DNA of 24,000 nucleotides from Lysobacterales bacterium (GCA_050173995.1 JBFXKH010000025.1:5349-29348), one strand, 5' to 3'; counted from the first letter of the stretch, positions 8,720 to 16,626 are shown. Program-made: numbers and translations. Notes: generated from the sequence alone by a model not told the origin.

Positions 8720-11700
8720 ATGTGGAAAATCGTGCGTGGTCTGTTGGGTCTGGGTCTTGCGTCTGCGCTTTGGGCAACGGCCAAGGCCGAACCCTGGTCG
8801 GTGCTGGCCGACCCCGACCCGCAGCCGGTGGCGACGTTCTCACCCACGGCGTTGTCCGAAATGCGTGCCGATGGTTATTGGGCATCGGGTTTCGCGCAGA
8901 ATCCGGCGGATGGATCGACCTCGGCAGCGGTCGGTCGTTTCGATGCGAACGGCAACTTGCAGCGTTGGTCCTTCGATGGCGGATTCTCAAAAAAACTTCT
9001 GGCCGATGGTGGCTTCGTCTACGCCAGCGTGCGCGAGACCGAAGGGCCGTCGACTGAATTTCCCCGAACGTTCTGCATGGTGGTTCGGGTAAGCGCGGAC
9101 GGTCGGACGCAGTGGCAGACGGTGCTCGACGGAAGATTTTGCCACGCAGTCGAAATCGACGCGGCTGGCGAGATATGGGTCGGCGTCAGCGACAACGTGA
9201 TCCCCGATCAGTCCAACTTCCTCAACATGGATAACATCACCGTCGCGCAGGTGGTGCGCCTGCACGATGACGGCCGTATCGCGGCGCGTATCGCGCTTGA
9301 TGTCCCGTCACAGCGCGTGGTCGAGATGCGCGCCGACCCGGCTGGTGCGGGCGTGTTTTTGGCCGTCCACCACGCCGAGCCCGGCAAGCCGCAGGCGGTG
9401 CGAATCGGCGTTCGGCGATTGCGTGCGGACGGCAGTGTCGATTGGCAGTGGCAATCGGGCAAGTTGGCGGCGGCGAGCGGCAATCATGCGTTGGCGAGCG
9501 GCATCACCCAATTCCGGGTATCGGCGAGCGCCGGCATCTTCGCCATCAGTAGCCGGTTTTCGTCGGACCCATCCATCGGCAACGCCAAGGACTGGCTGGC
9601 GGTGGGCTTGAGCCTGGCCGGCGTGCCGCGCTTCGACAAGACCATCAGCTTCGACAATGCCGTGTACGTTGCTGGGGTCAGCGCGCCGGACGCGGCCGGC
9701 CTGTGGCTGGTGGTGGCATGGGGTAACCGCAGCGACGGGGCGCAGGGCGGCAAGGTCGCCGTGGCACGGCTGTCTGGCGCCGGCAAGCTGGGTTCCAGCC
9801 ACCGGATCGATAACGCCCAGGACTGCATCTGCCAGTTGGCCCTGCGTCGGGACGGCGGCCTGTGGTTATCGGTCTTCGACCGAACCGCCATCCTCGTCGG
9901 TGTCGATGCCAAGGGCCGCGAGCACGCGCGGCTGGATGGCATCAGTCAAGGTCCGTTCGACCTGTTGTCCGACGACCGCGCCCTGGTCATCACCGGCGGC
10001 TCGCGATCGCAACCGATGCGGGCGGTGCGGGTCGGATTCGACCAGCCGAACGAGCCCTGGCCGCAGTTGACGCTGCCGGTGCGTCGGCGGTTGGTTTCGG
10101 TTGAAGCAGTAGCCAGCGACGGCGGGGTCGCGCAATGGGAAGAGCTGCCTTCGCCGGATGGCAACGCGATCACCTCGGCGTTGACCTTTCGCAGCAGCGA
10201 TACCGCCCCTGTCGCGTGGCGGATCGCGTTTCCGTTTTACGGCGACATCCGCCTGAGCGTTTCGCGCAGCATGCTGTGCCTGTCTGGCATGTTGCGTGAT
10301 AGCAACATCCGGGATTTTGTTCTGCAGTGTCGCCGCCGAGCTGATGGCAGCGTGCTCTGGCAAGATGTCCGACCACTGCAACCGGGCGAGTTCATAAACC
10401 GGTTCCTGGACGTCACCGCGCTGGACGATGGCGGTGCGGTGGCGATCCGTGGCGTGCTCGGCAGCGTGCAGCATTGGCTGATTGGCGATGATGGCCAGGT
10501 TCTGTCCGAACAAACGCTCCCCTTGCTTGGTTCCTCCCAGCAGGAACTGGAAATCACGCGTGCGAACATCAACACCCATGGCGATACCCTGCTCGCCAGT
10601 TTTGATAGTACAAAACGTGACGGCATCCTGCTGCGCCTGGATCGTGATGGCCAGGAACGCTTCCGGACGGCGTTCGAAGGTGTTTTCTTGACCTATGGCG
10701 ATATCACTCAGGATCGACTCGCTTTTGCGGACGATGCTGGCGCGATCATGTACGGCAGCGTGATCACACGCTATTCGGCGAATGGTGAGAAGCTTTGGGA
10801 ACTGGTGCCCGATCGACCGATCGTCGATCTGGTCGTGGATGGCGATACGATCGTGTACAGCATGCGTTCGGACGATCAATTTACCTTCGCGTTGGTACCG
10901 GGCAACTGGGAGCTGGTGGCCGTGGACAGCGCCAGCGGTGGCGAGCGCTGGCGCTTGCCGCTCGACGCTTCGTTCCGCCAGTCGGCCAGCATCGCAGCGT
11001 TGGCTGGGCGGCGCCTGGCGGTTTTGCAGACCGAGACCAGCCATCTGCGTTACCGCGAGTTGGATGTCGCCACCGGCACGCCGCTGCGCGAGCAGACCGA
11101 TGTCTGCGGCGGTGAATCGTGCGGTTGCGAAACCAATGCCTGCCGCCCGCGACCCCTTCGGCCGGGCGCGATTGCCCGGCCGACGCTGTCGCTGCAACCG
11201 GCCGCTTTAGGCCTGCGCGCCCGGCTCGATACGTTTCAGCTCGGGGCCGGCTGGGGATCGAGCGTTCTGGAACTGGCCGATGCCGGTCAGGATCCGGCCA
11301 CGGTGCGCGCCGATCAAGCGGGCATCAACGGCGCCTGGTTTGCGCCCTGGGCCAACGGCCAGGGGCTGGTGTTCGACTGGATCGCGGACGCTCGCATCCT
11401 GTTCGCCCCGTGGTTCACCTTTGCTCCGGAAGGCGGCAACGACCCGAGCGGGCTGCGCTGGTACACCCTGCAAGGCGAATTGGCCGATCCCAGTACGGGC
11501 GCGACGCTCGGCATCTTCAGCAATGAAAGCGGTCGCTTCGGCGTCGGCATCAGCGCGCCGCGGCAGGTGGGTTCGGCCGAGCTCAGCTTCGAGAGTTGCG
11601 AGCGCGCGCAATTTCGCTACCAATTCGACCCCGACGAAAACCACGGCTTGCGTGGCCTGGTCACCCTGTCGCGGCTGACGCCGGGCCTCGCCTGCAGCGA

Positions 11701-12169
11701 CGCGCCCGGCGCGCCCGGCGCGGCCGTGCCGGCCCCGCCCGCCACCGTACCGAACGCCCTCGACGCCAGTTTGGACGGCGCCTGGTTCGATCCGGCCAGC
11801 AGCGGCCAGGGCCTGACCTTCACCACCATCCCGGCCTCGAACCCGGCCGAAGGCATCCTGTTTGCCGCCTGGTTCACCTACGACACCGAAGCCGCCCCGG
11901 ACGACCCGCGCCAGCAACACTGGTTCACCCTGCAGGGCCCGCTCGGCAGCAGCGACCAGACCACCTTGGCCATCGTCCGCACCACCGGTGGCGCCCTGTT
12001 GACCCAGCCAACCAACAACAACCAACAGGTCGGCACCGCGACCGTCACCCGGCTCGGCTGCGATCGCCTGCGTCTGGATTACCAGTTTGATGACAACGAT
12101 CGGGCCGGACCGTACCGGCGTATCAGCGACTTCCGCGAATTGCAGCGCATCGGCGGTTGCGCCCACTGA
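8720..12169 (+). CDS. Large predicted secreted protein with beta-propeller-like N-terminal region and two C-terminal 'GxWFxPxxxGQG' repeat domains
   Basis: Signal-like N-terminus MWKIVRGLLGLGLASALWATAKAEP; repeated 'DG..W...' blade-like segments; C-terminal copies 'NGAWFAPWANGQGLVFDWI..ILFAPWFTF...RWYTLQGEL' and 'DGAWFDPASSGQGLTFTTI..ILFAAWFTY...HWFTLQGPL'. Confidence 0.8.
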   Translation: MWKIVRGLLGLGLASALWATAKAEPWSVLADPDPQPVATFSPTALSEMRADGYWASGFAQNPADGSTSAAVGRFDANGNLQRWSFDGGFSKKLLADGGFVYASVRETEGPSTEFPRTFCMVVRVSADGRTQWQTVLDGRFCHAVEIDAAGEIWVGVSDNVIPDQSNFLNMDNITVAQVVRLHDDGRIAARIALDVPSQRVVEMRADPAGAGVFLAVHHAEPGKPQAVRIGVRRLRADGSVDWQWQSGKLAAASGNHALASGITQFRVSASAGIFAISSRFSSDPSIGNAKDWLAVGLSLAGVPRFDKTISFDNAVYVAGVSAPDAAGLWLVVAWGNRSDGAQGGKVAVARLSGAGKLGSSHRIDNAQDCICQLALRRDGGLWLSVFDRTAILVGVDAKGREHARLDGISQGPFDLLSDDRALVITGGSRSQPMRAVRVGFDQPNEPWPQLTLPVRRRLVSVEAVASDGGVAQWEELPSPDGNAITSALTFRSSDTAPVAWRIAFPFYGDIRLSVSRSMLCLSGMLRDSNIRDFVLQCRRRADGSVLWQDVRPLQPGEFINRFLDVTALDDGGAVAIRGVLGSVQHWLIGDDGQVLSEQTLPLLGSSQQELEITRANINTHGDTLLASFDSTKRDGILLRLDRDGQERFRTAFEGVFLTYGDITQDRLAFADDAGAIMYGSVITRYSANGEKLWELVPDRPIVDLVVDGDTIVYSMRSDDQFTFALVPGNWELVAVDSASGGERWRLPLDASFRQSASIAALAGRRLAVLQTETSHLRYRELDVATGTPLREQTDVCGGESCGCETNACRPRPLRPGAIARPTLSLQPAALGLRARLDTFQLGAGWGSSVLELADAGQDPATVRADQAGINGAWFAPWANGQGLVFDWIADARILFAPWFTFAPEGGNDPSGLRWYTLQGELADPSTGATLGIFSNESGRFGVGISAPRQVGSAELSFESCERAQFRYQFDPDENHGLRGLVTLSRLTPGLACSDAPGAPGAAVPAPPATVPNALDASLDGAWFDPASSGQGLTFTTIPASNPAEGILFAAWFTYDTEAAPDDPRQQHWFTLQGPLGSSDQTTLAIVRTTGGALLTQPTNNNQQVGTATVTRLGCDRLRLDYQFDDNDRAGPYRRISDFRELQRIGGCAH

Positions 12170-12875
12170 TCGCGGCCGGCGCGGCGGCAACGGACACATT
12201 GCCAGTAGCCAAGCCAGATCGCCCACCCCGGCAGCGCCGAGCACCAGCTCGGCAACGCCGTCCACCGCCATCGCAACAGCGAAGCGCACCACCGCACCAC
12301 CGCATCACCACCGACCCGACCATCACAGGCAATCGCAGCTCGATCGCCCGGACGCTTCCGCCGACCCAGCCACGGAAAGCGCGGTTCCGCAATCCATCGC
12401 TCCCCCCACACCCGGCACCCGACCCACAGCAACCCTCGAAAATCATGGCTGTCCCGGCTTGCGCCTGATCGAGCAGGCGCGGCGGGTTCGCGCTCGCGGC
12501 ATGCTGACCATGGCGCGCATTGTTACCACCGATGCCGAGATCGGAATGCGTGTCAGTGAAACAACGCCAGCACACTTGCCAGTCGAATTCGAGGCGACTA
12601 ATCTGCCTGTGAAGGTACTGCGGTACGATGGTTTCATGCGCCTGCTTCCCGCCGAAAGACATTGCAAGGATAGGCTGCAAGGATCGGCGGCAACATCGGC
12701 GTAACACCATGATTCGTTTAGGAGTTTTCCTACAAGCAACGATCCTGGCGCTGTGATAGGCTGCGGGAACACATGGCGATTCGTCGCCGACTGGGTGGTT
12801 GGCAGCACAAACAACTAAACTCGCACTTGCCGAAACGCGGAAATCGCGTCTCTCAGAGGTGGCCTCCTGAGACTG

Positions 12876-13187
12876 ATGATGGCGGGCTATACACATGCGG
12901 TATTTGGCCCCGCGGGTTTCCTGCTAGGGTTTGTAGTTACCGAGGTGATCGCTCTTCTATCTGAAATCACAAAGGAGGATATGCACATGGTCCAAAAGGC
13001 AGCCGTATCAAGTGGGAAGCAGCTATGGTCATGCGTCAAAAGTTCTACCAAGCGCCTCATCGCGTTTTGGGAGGCTCACCTTCCTTACAGGCAAAGCCTG
13101 CTGATGAGCTTGTGCAACTCAAGCGAAAAGGCCCTGAGATTGCTGCCTAACAATTCGTTCAAGGCGGACGCCTCCGGCGCCGCTTAA
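12876..13187 (+). CDS. Hypothetical cassette-borne protein with N-terminal hydrophobic segment; C-terminus reads into attC
   Basis: 'THAVFGPAGFLLGFVVTEVIALLSEIT' hydrophobic; last residues 'LLPNNSFKADASGAA' are encoded by the attC site. Start codon uncertain. Confidence 0.45.
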   Translation: MMAGYTHAVFGPAGFLLGFVVTEVIALLSEITKEDMHMVQKAAVSSGKQLWSCVKSSTKRLIAFWEAHLPYRQSLLMSLCNSSEKALRLLPNNSFKADASGAA

Positions 13188-13201
13188 CTCAAACGTTAGG
13201 C
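13145..13201 (+). other. Integron attC recombination site 1
   Basis: GCCTAAC-AATTCGTTCAAGGCGGACGCCTCCGGCGCCGCTTAACTCAAAC-GTTAGGC: RYYYAAC...GTTRRRY ends with imperfect internal inverted repeat. Confidence 0.93.
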
Positions 13202-13216
13202 CACTATGGAGGCCAT

Positions 13217-13582
13217 GTGATCACCATAAAGACAGGAAGATTCGACGTCCTAGAAACCAAGACGCTACTTATTCCTGGCCTGGGCGAAACCAAGATTACG
13301 ATCAATCATGGCATTGAAGAAATTTCGTTCATCTTTGATTTTCGTATCGATGATAAATCGGAGCAGCAGCTCAACTATGAGTTGGTAGATGATCAACAGC
13401 TCCGCATAGTACTTATAAATTGGGGTGGCCCTTTCCCCACAACTCCTATTGAGCCGGTTCCAGTAGGAACAATTGGCAACAGAGAACTCTTTATTCTTTT
13501 TTCAGCTGCTAAGGCGGGAGACAAGGCGGAGATTCGCCAGCTAACCTTTACGGCCCTCCTGGGGGAGGTCGCAAATGGCTAA
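13217..13582 (+). CDS. Hypothetical protein, DUF6864-like (tentative), first ORF of a two-ORF integron cassette
   Basis: GTG start at 13217 preceded by GGAGG; 121 aa MITIKTGRFDVLETKTLLIPGLGETKITINHGIEEISFIFDFRIDD...; lies between attC1 and attC2. Confidence 0.7.
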   Translation: MITIKTGRFDVLETKTLLIPGLGETKITINHGIEEISFIFDFRIDDKSEQQLNYELVDDQQLRIVLINWGGPFPTTPIEPVPVGTIGNRELFILFSAAKAGDKAEIRQLTFTALLGEVANG

Positions 13583-13841
13583 GTTGGTCGTACGTACGAG
13601 CGTTTCGGCTCCTACTGAAATCAACATCCCGTTGATCCGTGCGGATCATGCACACACCTCCCATGTATTCAGAACCTGCTTCGAAGTCTCTCTCTCTATC
13701 TTTTCAACTCTCCTAGGCTACGTGTTGGGCCTCTCAAGTACCATTCGCATCCATTGGGTGTTTCTCGGCGTATTTGCGCTTGCCACACTCGCATTTCTCG
13801 CTCTCTCTTACAGAGCTAGCAGCACTGCAAAAGTGGCCTAA
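13575..13841 (+). CDS. Small (88 aa) predicted two-TM membrane protein, second ORF of the cassette
   Basis: ATG at 13575 preceded by GGGGGAGG, 8 nt overlap with the preceding ORF; hydrophobic 'FRTCFEVSLSIFSTLLGYVLGLSS' and 'WVFLGVFALATLAFLALSY'. Confidence 0.7.
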   Translation: MAKLVVRTSVSAPTEINIPLIRADHAHTSHVFRTCFEVSLSIFSTLLGYVLGLSSTIRIHWVFLGVFALATLAFLALSYRASSTAKVA

Positions 13842-13892
13842 CTATTCATTCAATCCGACGCCTTTGGCGCGGCTTAGCTCAAGACGTTAGCT
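13836..13892 (+). other. Integron attC recombination site 2
   Basis: GCCTAAC-TATTCATTCAATCCGACGCCTTTGGCGCGGCTTAGCTCAAGAC-GTTAGCT; R'' is complementary to R' of attC1. Confidence 0.92.
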
Positions 13893-13914
13893 GTCAATGA
13901 GAGGTTCTCAGCAC

Positions 13915-14745
13915 ATGGATAAACAGCAGGCACTAGATCAGCTGGACAAGTTCAAACATCGTCTGGTCGCTGATGTGGCAGGTGCGTACGCGCAGCGTGG
14001 CTCTGACTTTGGGCGAGAGCGCTTTGCTGCTTGGCGACGCCAGATCGATAAGTTCCTAGACGAGAATCTTCCCGGCGCACGCGCAATGCTGGACAAAAAA
14101 TTGGACCACGGCGTCTTCTTTCGTGGCAGATCAGAGGGCGACTATGATGTATTCATGCGCGAGGATGGAGGGCCATCTTTGGCATTAATCGACTCTCTTT
14201 GTTTAGACATCAAGAATGACGAGTACGATTTTTCACGAGAAGTACCCCATCAGAACGCTGCTGAAACAAAAAAAGCAAGGAAATCTGCCCCAGAGAATTC
14301 AACTCGAGTATTCATTGTCCACGGTCATGATGAAACTTTAAAGACAAAGGCGGCGCGGTTTGTTGAAAAGTTAGGGTTAAAAGCGGTAATTCTTCATGAG
14401 CAGGCCAATCAGGGCCATACAATTATTGAGAAAATTGAGGCGCACACAGATGTAGGGTTCGCAATCGTTCTATACACACCAGATGATGCTGGTAGCACCC
14501 AGGCAGAAGCCAAAGCTGGAACACTGAAGCCAAGAGCAAGGCAAAACGTCGTTTTTGAACACGGCTACCTCATCGCCAAACTTTCACGGGCAAGAGTAGT
14601 TCCTCTGGTGGCAGCAAAATTAGAACTTCCAAGCGACATTAGCGGTGTCGTTTACGTGGACGACACGAACTGGCAAATAGATATTGCAAAGGAAATGAAA
14701 GCCGCTGGCTACAGTATTGACTTCAATAAGCTAGTTGACAGCTAA
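13915..14745 (+). CDS. TIR-like domain nucleotide-binding protein (PF10137 / Cap12-PycTIR-type) in an integron cassette
   Basis: C-terminal half 'TRVFIVHGHDETLKTKAARFVEKLGLKAVILHEQANQGHTIIEKIEAHTDVGFAIVLYTPDDAG...KPRARQNVVFEHGYLIAKLSRARVVPLV' matches the predicted nucleotide-binding TIR-like family; N-terminal ~110 aa domain unassigned. Confidence 0.85.
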   Translation: MDKQQALDQLDKFKHRLVADVAGAYAQRGSDFGRERFAAWRRQIDKFLDENLPGARAMLDKKLDHGVFFRGRSEGDYDVFMREDGGPSLALIDSLCLDIKNDEYDFSREVPHQNAAETKKARKSAPENSTRVFIVHGHDETLKTKAARFVEKLGLKAVILHEQANQGHTIIEKIEAHTDVGFAIVLYTPDDAGSTQAEAKAGTLKPRARQNVVFEHGYLIAKLSRARVVPLVAAKLELPSDISGVVYVDDTNWQIDIAKEMKAAGYSIDFNKLVDS

Positions 14746-14799
14746 CAAGTCATTCAAGCCGACGCCGCTTCGCGGCGCGGCTTAATTCAGGCGTTAGGC
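14740..14799 (+). other. Integron attC recombination site 3
   Basis: AGCTAAC-AAGTCATTCAAGCCGACGCCGCTTCGCGGCGCGGCTTAATTCAGGC-GTTAGGC; R'' AGCTAAC is the exact complement of attC2 R' GTTAGCT. Confidence 0.94.
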
Positions 14800-15221
14800 A
14801 ACAAGGTTAAATCTCATGATCGACTTCTCAGCCGCAACGGCCCAGGAACTTGGCAAGCACAAGCAACACTTCCCATCTGGGAGTGACATAACAAAGCTCG
14901 CAAAGCTCGGGACACCCTCTTTTCAGCAGGCGCCCGAACCGACACGGTTGGAAGCCCAGCCCCCCCCACTCTTCCTATGCCCACAGGATGGGACGAATGG
15001 CCAGGTCAACGCAGTCCGCTGGTCGGCACGATCTGGTTGATGCGCTGATGGTCTGAACCGTTCGCCGGTTTGTCCTTTCCGTCATCTGACGCCACCGCGC
15101 CAGGCAAAAAGTGGACCGCCGACTGCCGTCCCTCCAACTGCCGTCCTCCGTCGATCCAAGGGCCGCGCTATGATTTTGGCTGCACGGCCGCTGCCTTGGG
15201 GATTCGTAGTTGTAGCGGCTT

Positions 15222-15282
15222 GGTTCGACCTTTCGCTCAAGCCGACGCCGCTTCACGGCACGGCCCACTTCAGGCGTTCGCC
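15222..15282 (+). other. Degenerate attC-like sequence
   Basis: 'CTCAAGCCGACGCCGCTTCACGGCACGGCCCACTTCAGGC-GTTCGCC' closely resembles the attC3 stem but with GTTCGCC in place of GTTRRRY and no clear R''. Confidence 0.55.
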
Positions 15283-15288
15283 ACCACC

Positions 15289-15441
15289 ATGCAGGTCTCC
15301 GGCATCTGTCATTTCAATCTGCGAGCGCCGCGCGAGCTGCTCGATTCTCTGCGCGACTTCTACTGAGAGGTCGTTGGCCTTTCGGTCGGCGTTCGCCCGG
15401 CGTTCTCCAGCTTCGGCTACTCGGCAGCAAGGACGTCGTCG
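15289..15441 (+). pseudogene. Truncated VOC/glyoxalase-family gene remnant
   Basis: MQVSGICHFNLRAPRELLDSLRDFY* : same as the intact gene at 16479 but TGC->TGA stop after 25 codons and an internal deletion; homology fades near 15441. Confidence 0.8.
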
Positions 15442-15519
15442 TCGATGGCGAGTGTCGTGCGCATGATCGGCTCCTGATGGCGCACACCGTACTTCAGGCA
15501 TCGCGTCAACAAGCCAGGA

Positions 15520-15732
15520 TTATGCAGCGATGTCGATGTACTCAACTACACTGGCAGGCGCCGGAATCGGCATTCCGTCTTCACGCAACCCGGCGATGTG
15601 AAAGGCGATGGCCTCCCGGATATCGCGCTCTACGTCAGCCACCGTCGCGCCGGTTGCTATGCAGCCCGGAAGGTCGGGGACATAGGCGGAATAATTGCCC
15701 GGGGCTTGCTCAATCACTACGGCAAAACGCAT
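15520..15732 (-). CDS. hicB: HicB family antitoxin
   Basis: MRFAVVIEQAPGNYSAYVPDLPGCIATGATVADVERDIREAIAFHIAGLREDGMPIPAPAS: classic HicB partial RNase H-like fold. Confidence 0.93.
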   Translation of the reverse strand: MRFAVVIEQAPGNYSAYVPDLPGCIATGATVADVERDIREAIAFHIAGLREDGMPIPAPASVVEYIDIAA

Positions 15733-15737
15733 CGGGT

Positions 15738-15938
15738 CTACCTCTTCAGGCCAGCCTGCTTAAGGATGCTGTCGATTGTACCAGCGCCAAGGTCATCGCT
15801 GGGTTTTCCGGCAACCGTGACCCGGCCAGGCTTCGCAGGATGTTTGAACTGCCTATGGCTACCGCGAGTTGCCACCAAGACCCAGCCATCGTCCTTGAGG
15901 CGACGCAGAACTCCGCTGACTTTGGCGGTTGGCGGCAC
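15738..15938 (-). CDS. hicA: HicA family mRNA interferase toxin
   Basis: 'VSGVLRRLKDDGWVLVATRGSHRQFKHPAKPGRVTVAGKPSDDLGAGTIDSILKQAGL': GSHR catalytic His motif; GTG start at 15938, 5 bp upstream of hicB. Confidence 0.94.
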   Translation of the reverse strand: MPPTAKVSGVLRRLKDDGWVLVATRGSHRQFKHPAKPGRVTVAGKPSDDLGAGTIDSILKQAGLKR

Positions 15939-16026
15939 CCAGGAACCTCCCTATCGAAAACCTATCGTCCGGCATCGCCTGCGGGCGAAAGCCGGTAAAG
16001 GCCGCAGTCGCTGGTCGGAGGCACGC

Positions 16027-16212
16027 AGTTGTTGGACGAAGCCGTTACGCGGAGGAAGCCTACTGCGGCACCTGTTCGGTCAGGATGATACATCGCCGCC
16101 ACGGTCGGTGGATCGCCAAAATCAGCGGCTGTGGTGATCGGTGGAACCCAGACGCGCTGGCGCTTGCTGCGCCAAGATACTGGCCCATGGAGTGCGTCGC
16201 TGCGCGCCGCTT
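16027..16212. repeat. Dispersed repeat, copy also at 18951-19140
   Basis: 'TGGACGAAGCCGTTACGCGGA..AAGCCTACTGCGGCACCTGTTCGG..AGGATGATAC..' vs 'TGGACGAAGCCGCTACGCGGACAAAGCCCCACTGCGGCGCCTGTGCGGCGAGGATGATAC..', continuing to 'GGAGTGCG.CGCT.CGCGCCGCTT'. Confidence 0.7.
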
Positions 16213-16626
16213 GGTCTGAACCGATCGCCGGCTCGACCCGATTCCACCGTTCCGGCCAAAACGTGGTTGTCCAACTGCCGTCTGTTGTCCGACTGCCGTC
16301 CTCCGACTGCCGACTGCCGTCCCGCCAACTGCCGTCCTCCATCGATCCAAGGGCCGCGGTATGATTTTGGCTGCACGGCCGCTGACTTGGGGTTTGGTAT
16401 TTTTCGCGGCTGGTTCGATCTTCCGTCCAAGCCGACACCGCTTCACGGCACGGTCCACTTCAGGCGTTTGCCACCACCATGCAGGTCTCCGGCATCTGTC
16501 ATTTCAATCTGCGCGCCCCGCGCGAGCTGCTCGATGCTTTGCGCGATTTCTACTGCGACATTGTTGGCCTTTCGGTTGGCGCTCGCCCGGCGTTCTCCAG
16601 CTTCGGCTACTGGCTCTACGCCGGCA
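16213..16626 (+). repeat. Direct repeat copy 2 (see 15050-15441)
   Basis: Alignment by eye with 15050-15441; includes second attC-like end and start of the intact VOC gene. Confidence 0.85.
16411..16472 (+). other. Degenerate attC-like sequence
   Basis: 'GTCCAAGCCGACACCGCTTCACGGCACGGTCCACTTCAGGC-GTTTGCC' immediately upstream of the VOC gene ATG. Confidence 0.5.

Larger units (their letters stand above)
15050..15441 (+). repeat. Direct repeat copy 1 (~390 bp) including degenerate attC-like end and truncated VOC gene
   Basis: Aligns by eye to 16213-16626: 'GGTCTGAACCG.TCGCCGG', '...CTGCCGTCC.TCCAACTGCCGTCCTCC.TCGATCCAAGGGCCGCG.TATGATTTTGGCTGCACGGCCGCTG.CTTGGGG...', '...GCCACCACCATGCAGGTCTCCGGCATCTGTCATTTCAATCTGCG'. 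Confidence 0.85.

Noticed and set aside
7605-9092. 495 aa plus-strand ORF spanning the DUF455 gene and the 5' part of the next gene
   Set aside because: Out-of-frame translation with Arg/Pro/Ala-rich low-complexity composition typical of high-GC shadow ORFs; it overlaps two well-supported genes.
9866-12292. Long minus-strand ORFs (9866-11197, 11207-12292) antisense to the large secreted protein
   Set aside because: High-GC antisense shadow ORFs; the plus-strand frame has a signal peptide and repeated domains with coherent protein-like composition.
12170-12870. Plus- and minus-strand ORFs 12087-12704, 12079-12432 and 12443-12814 in the gap after the secreted protein
   Set aside because: Low-complexity Pro/Thr/Arg-rich translations with no motif; treated as intergenic.
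13145-14799. Possibility that the attC sites are a CRISPR array or ordinary REP elements
   Set aside because: Only three sites with variable central sequence, separated by whole genes, with RYYYAAC/GTTRRRY ends that interlock between neighbours: integron logic, not CRISPR or REP.
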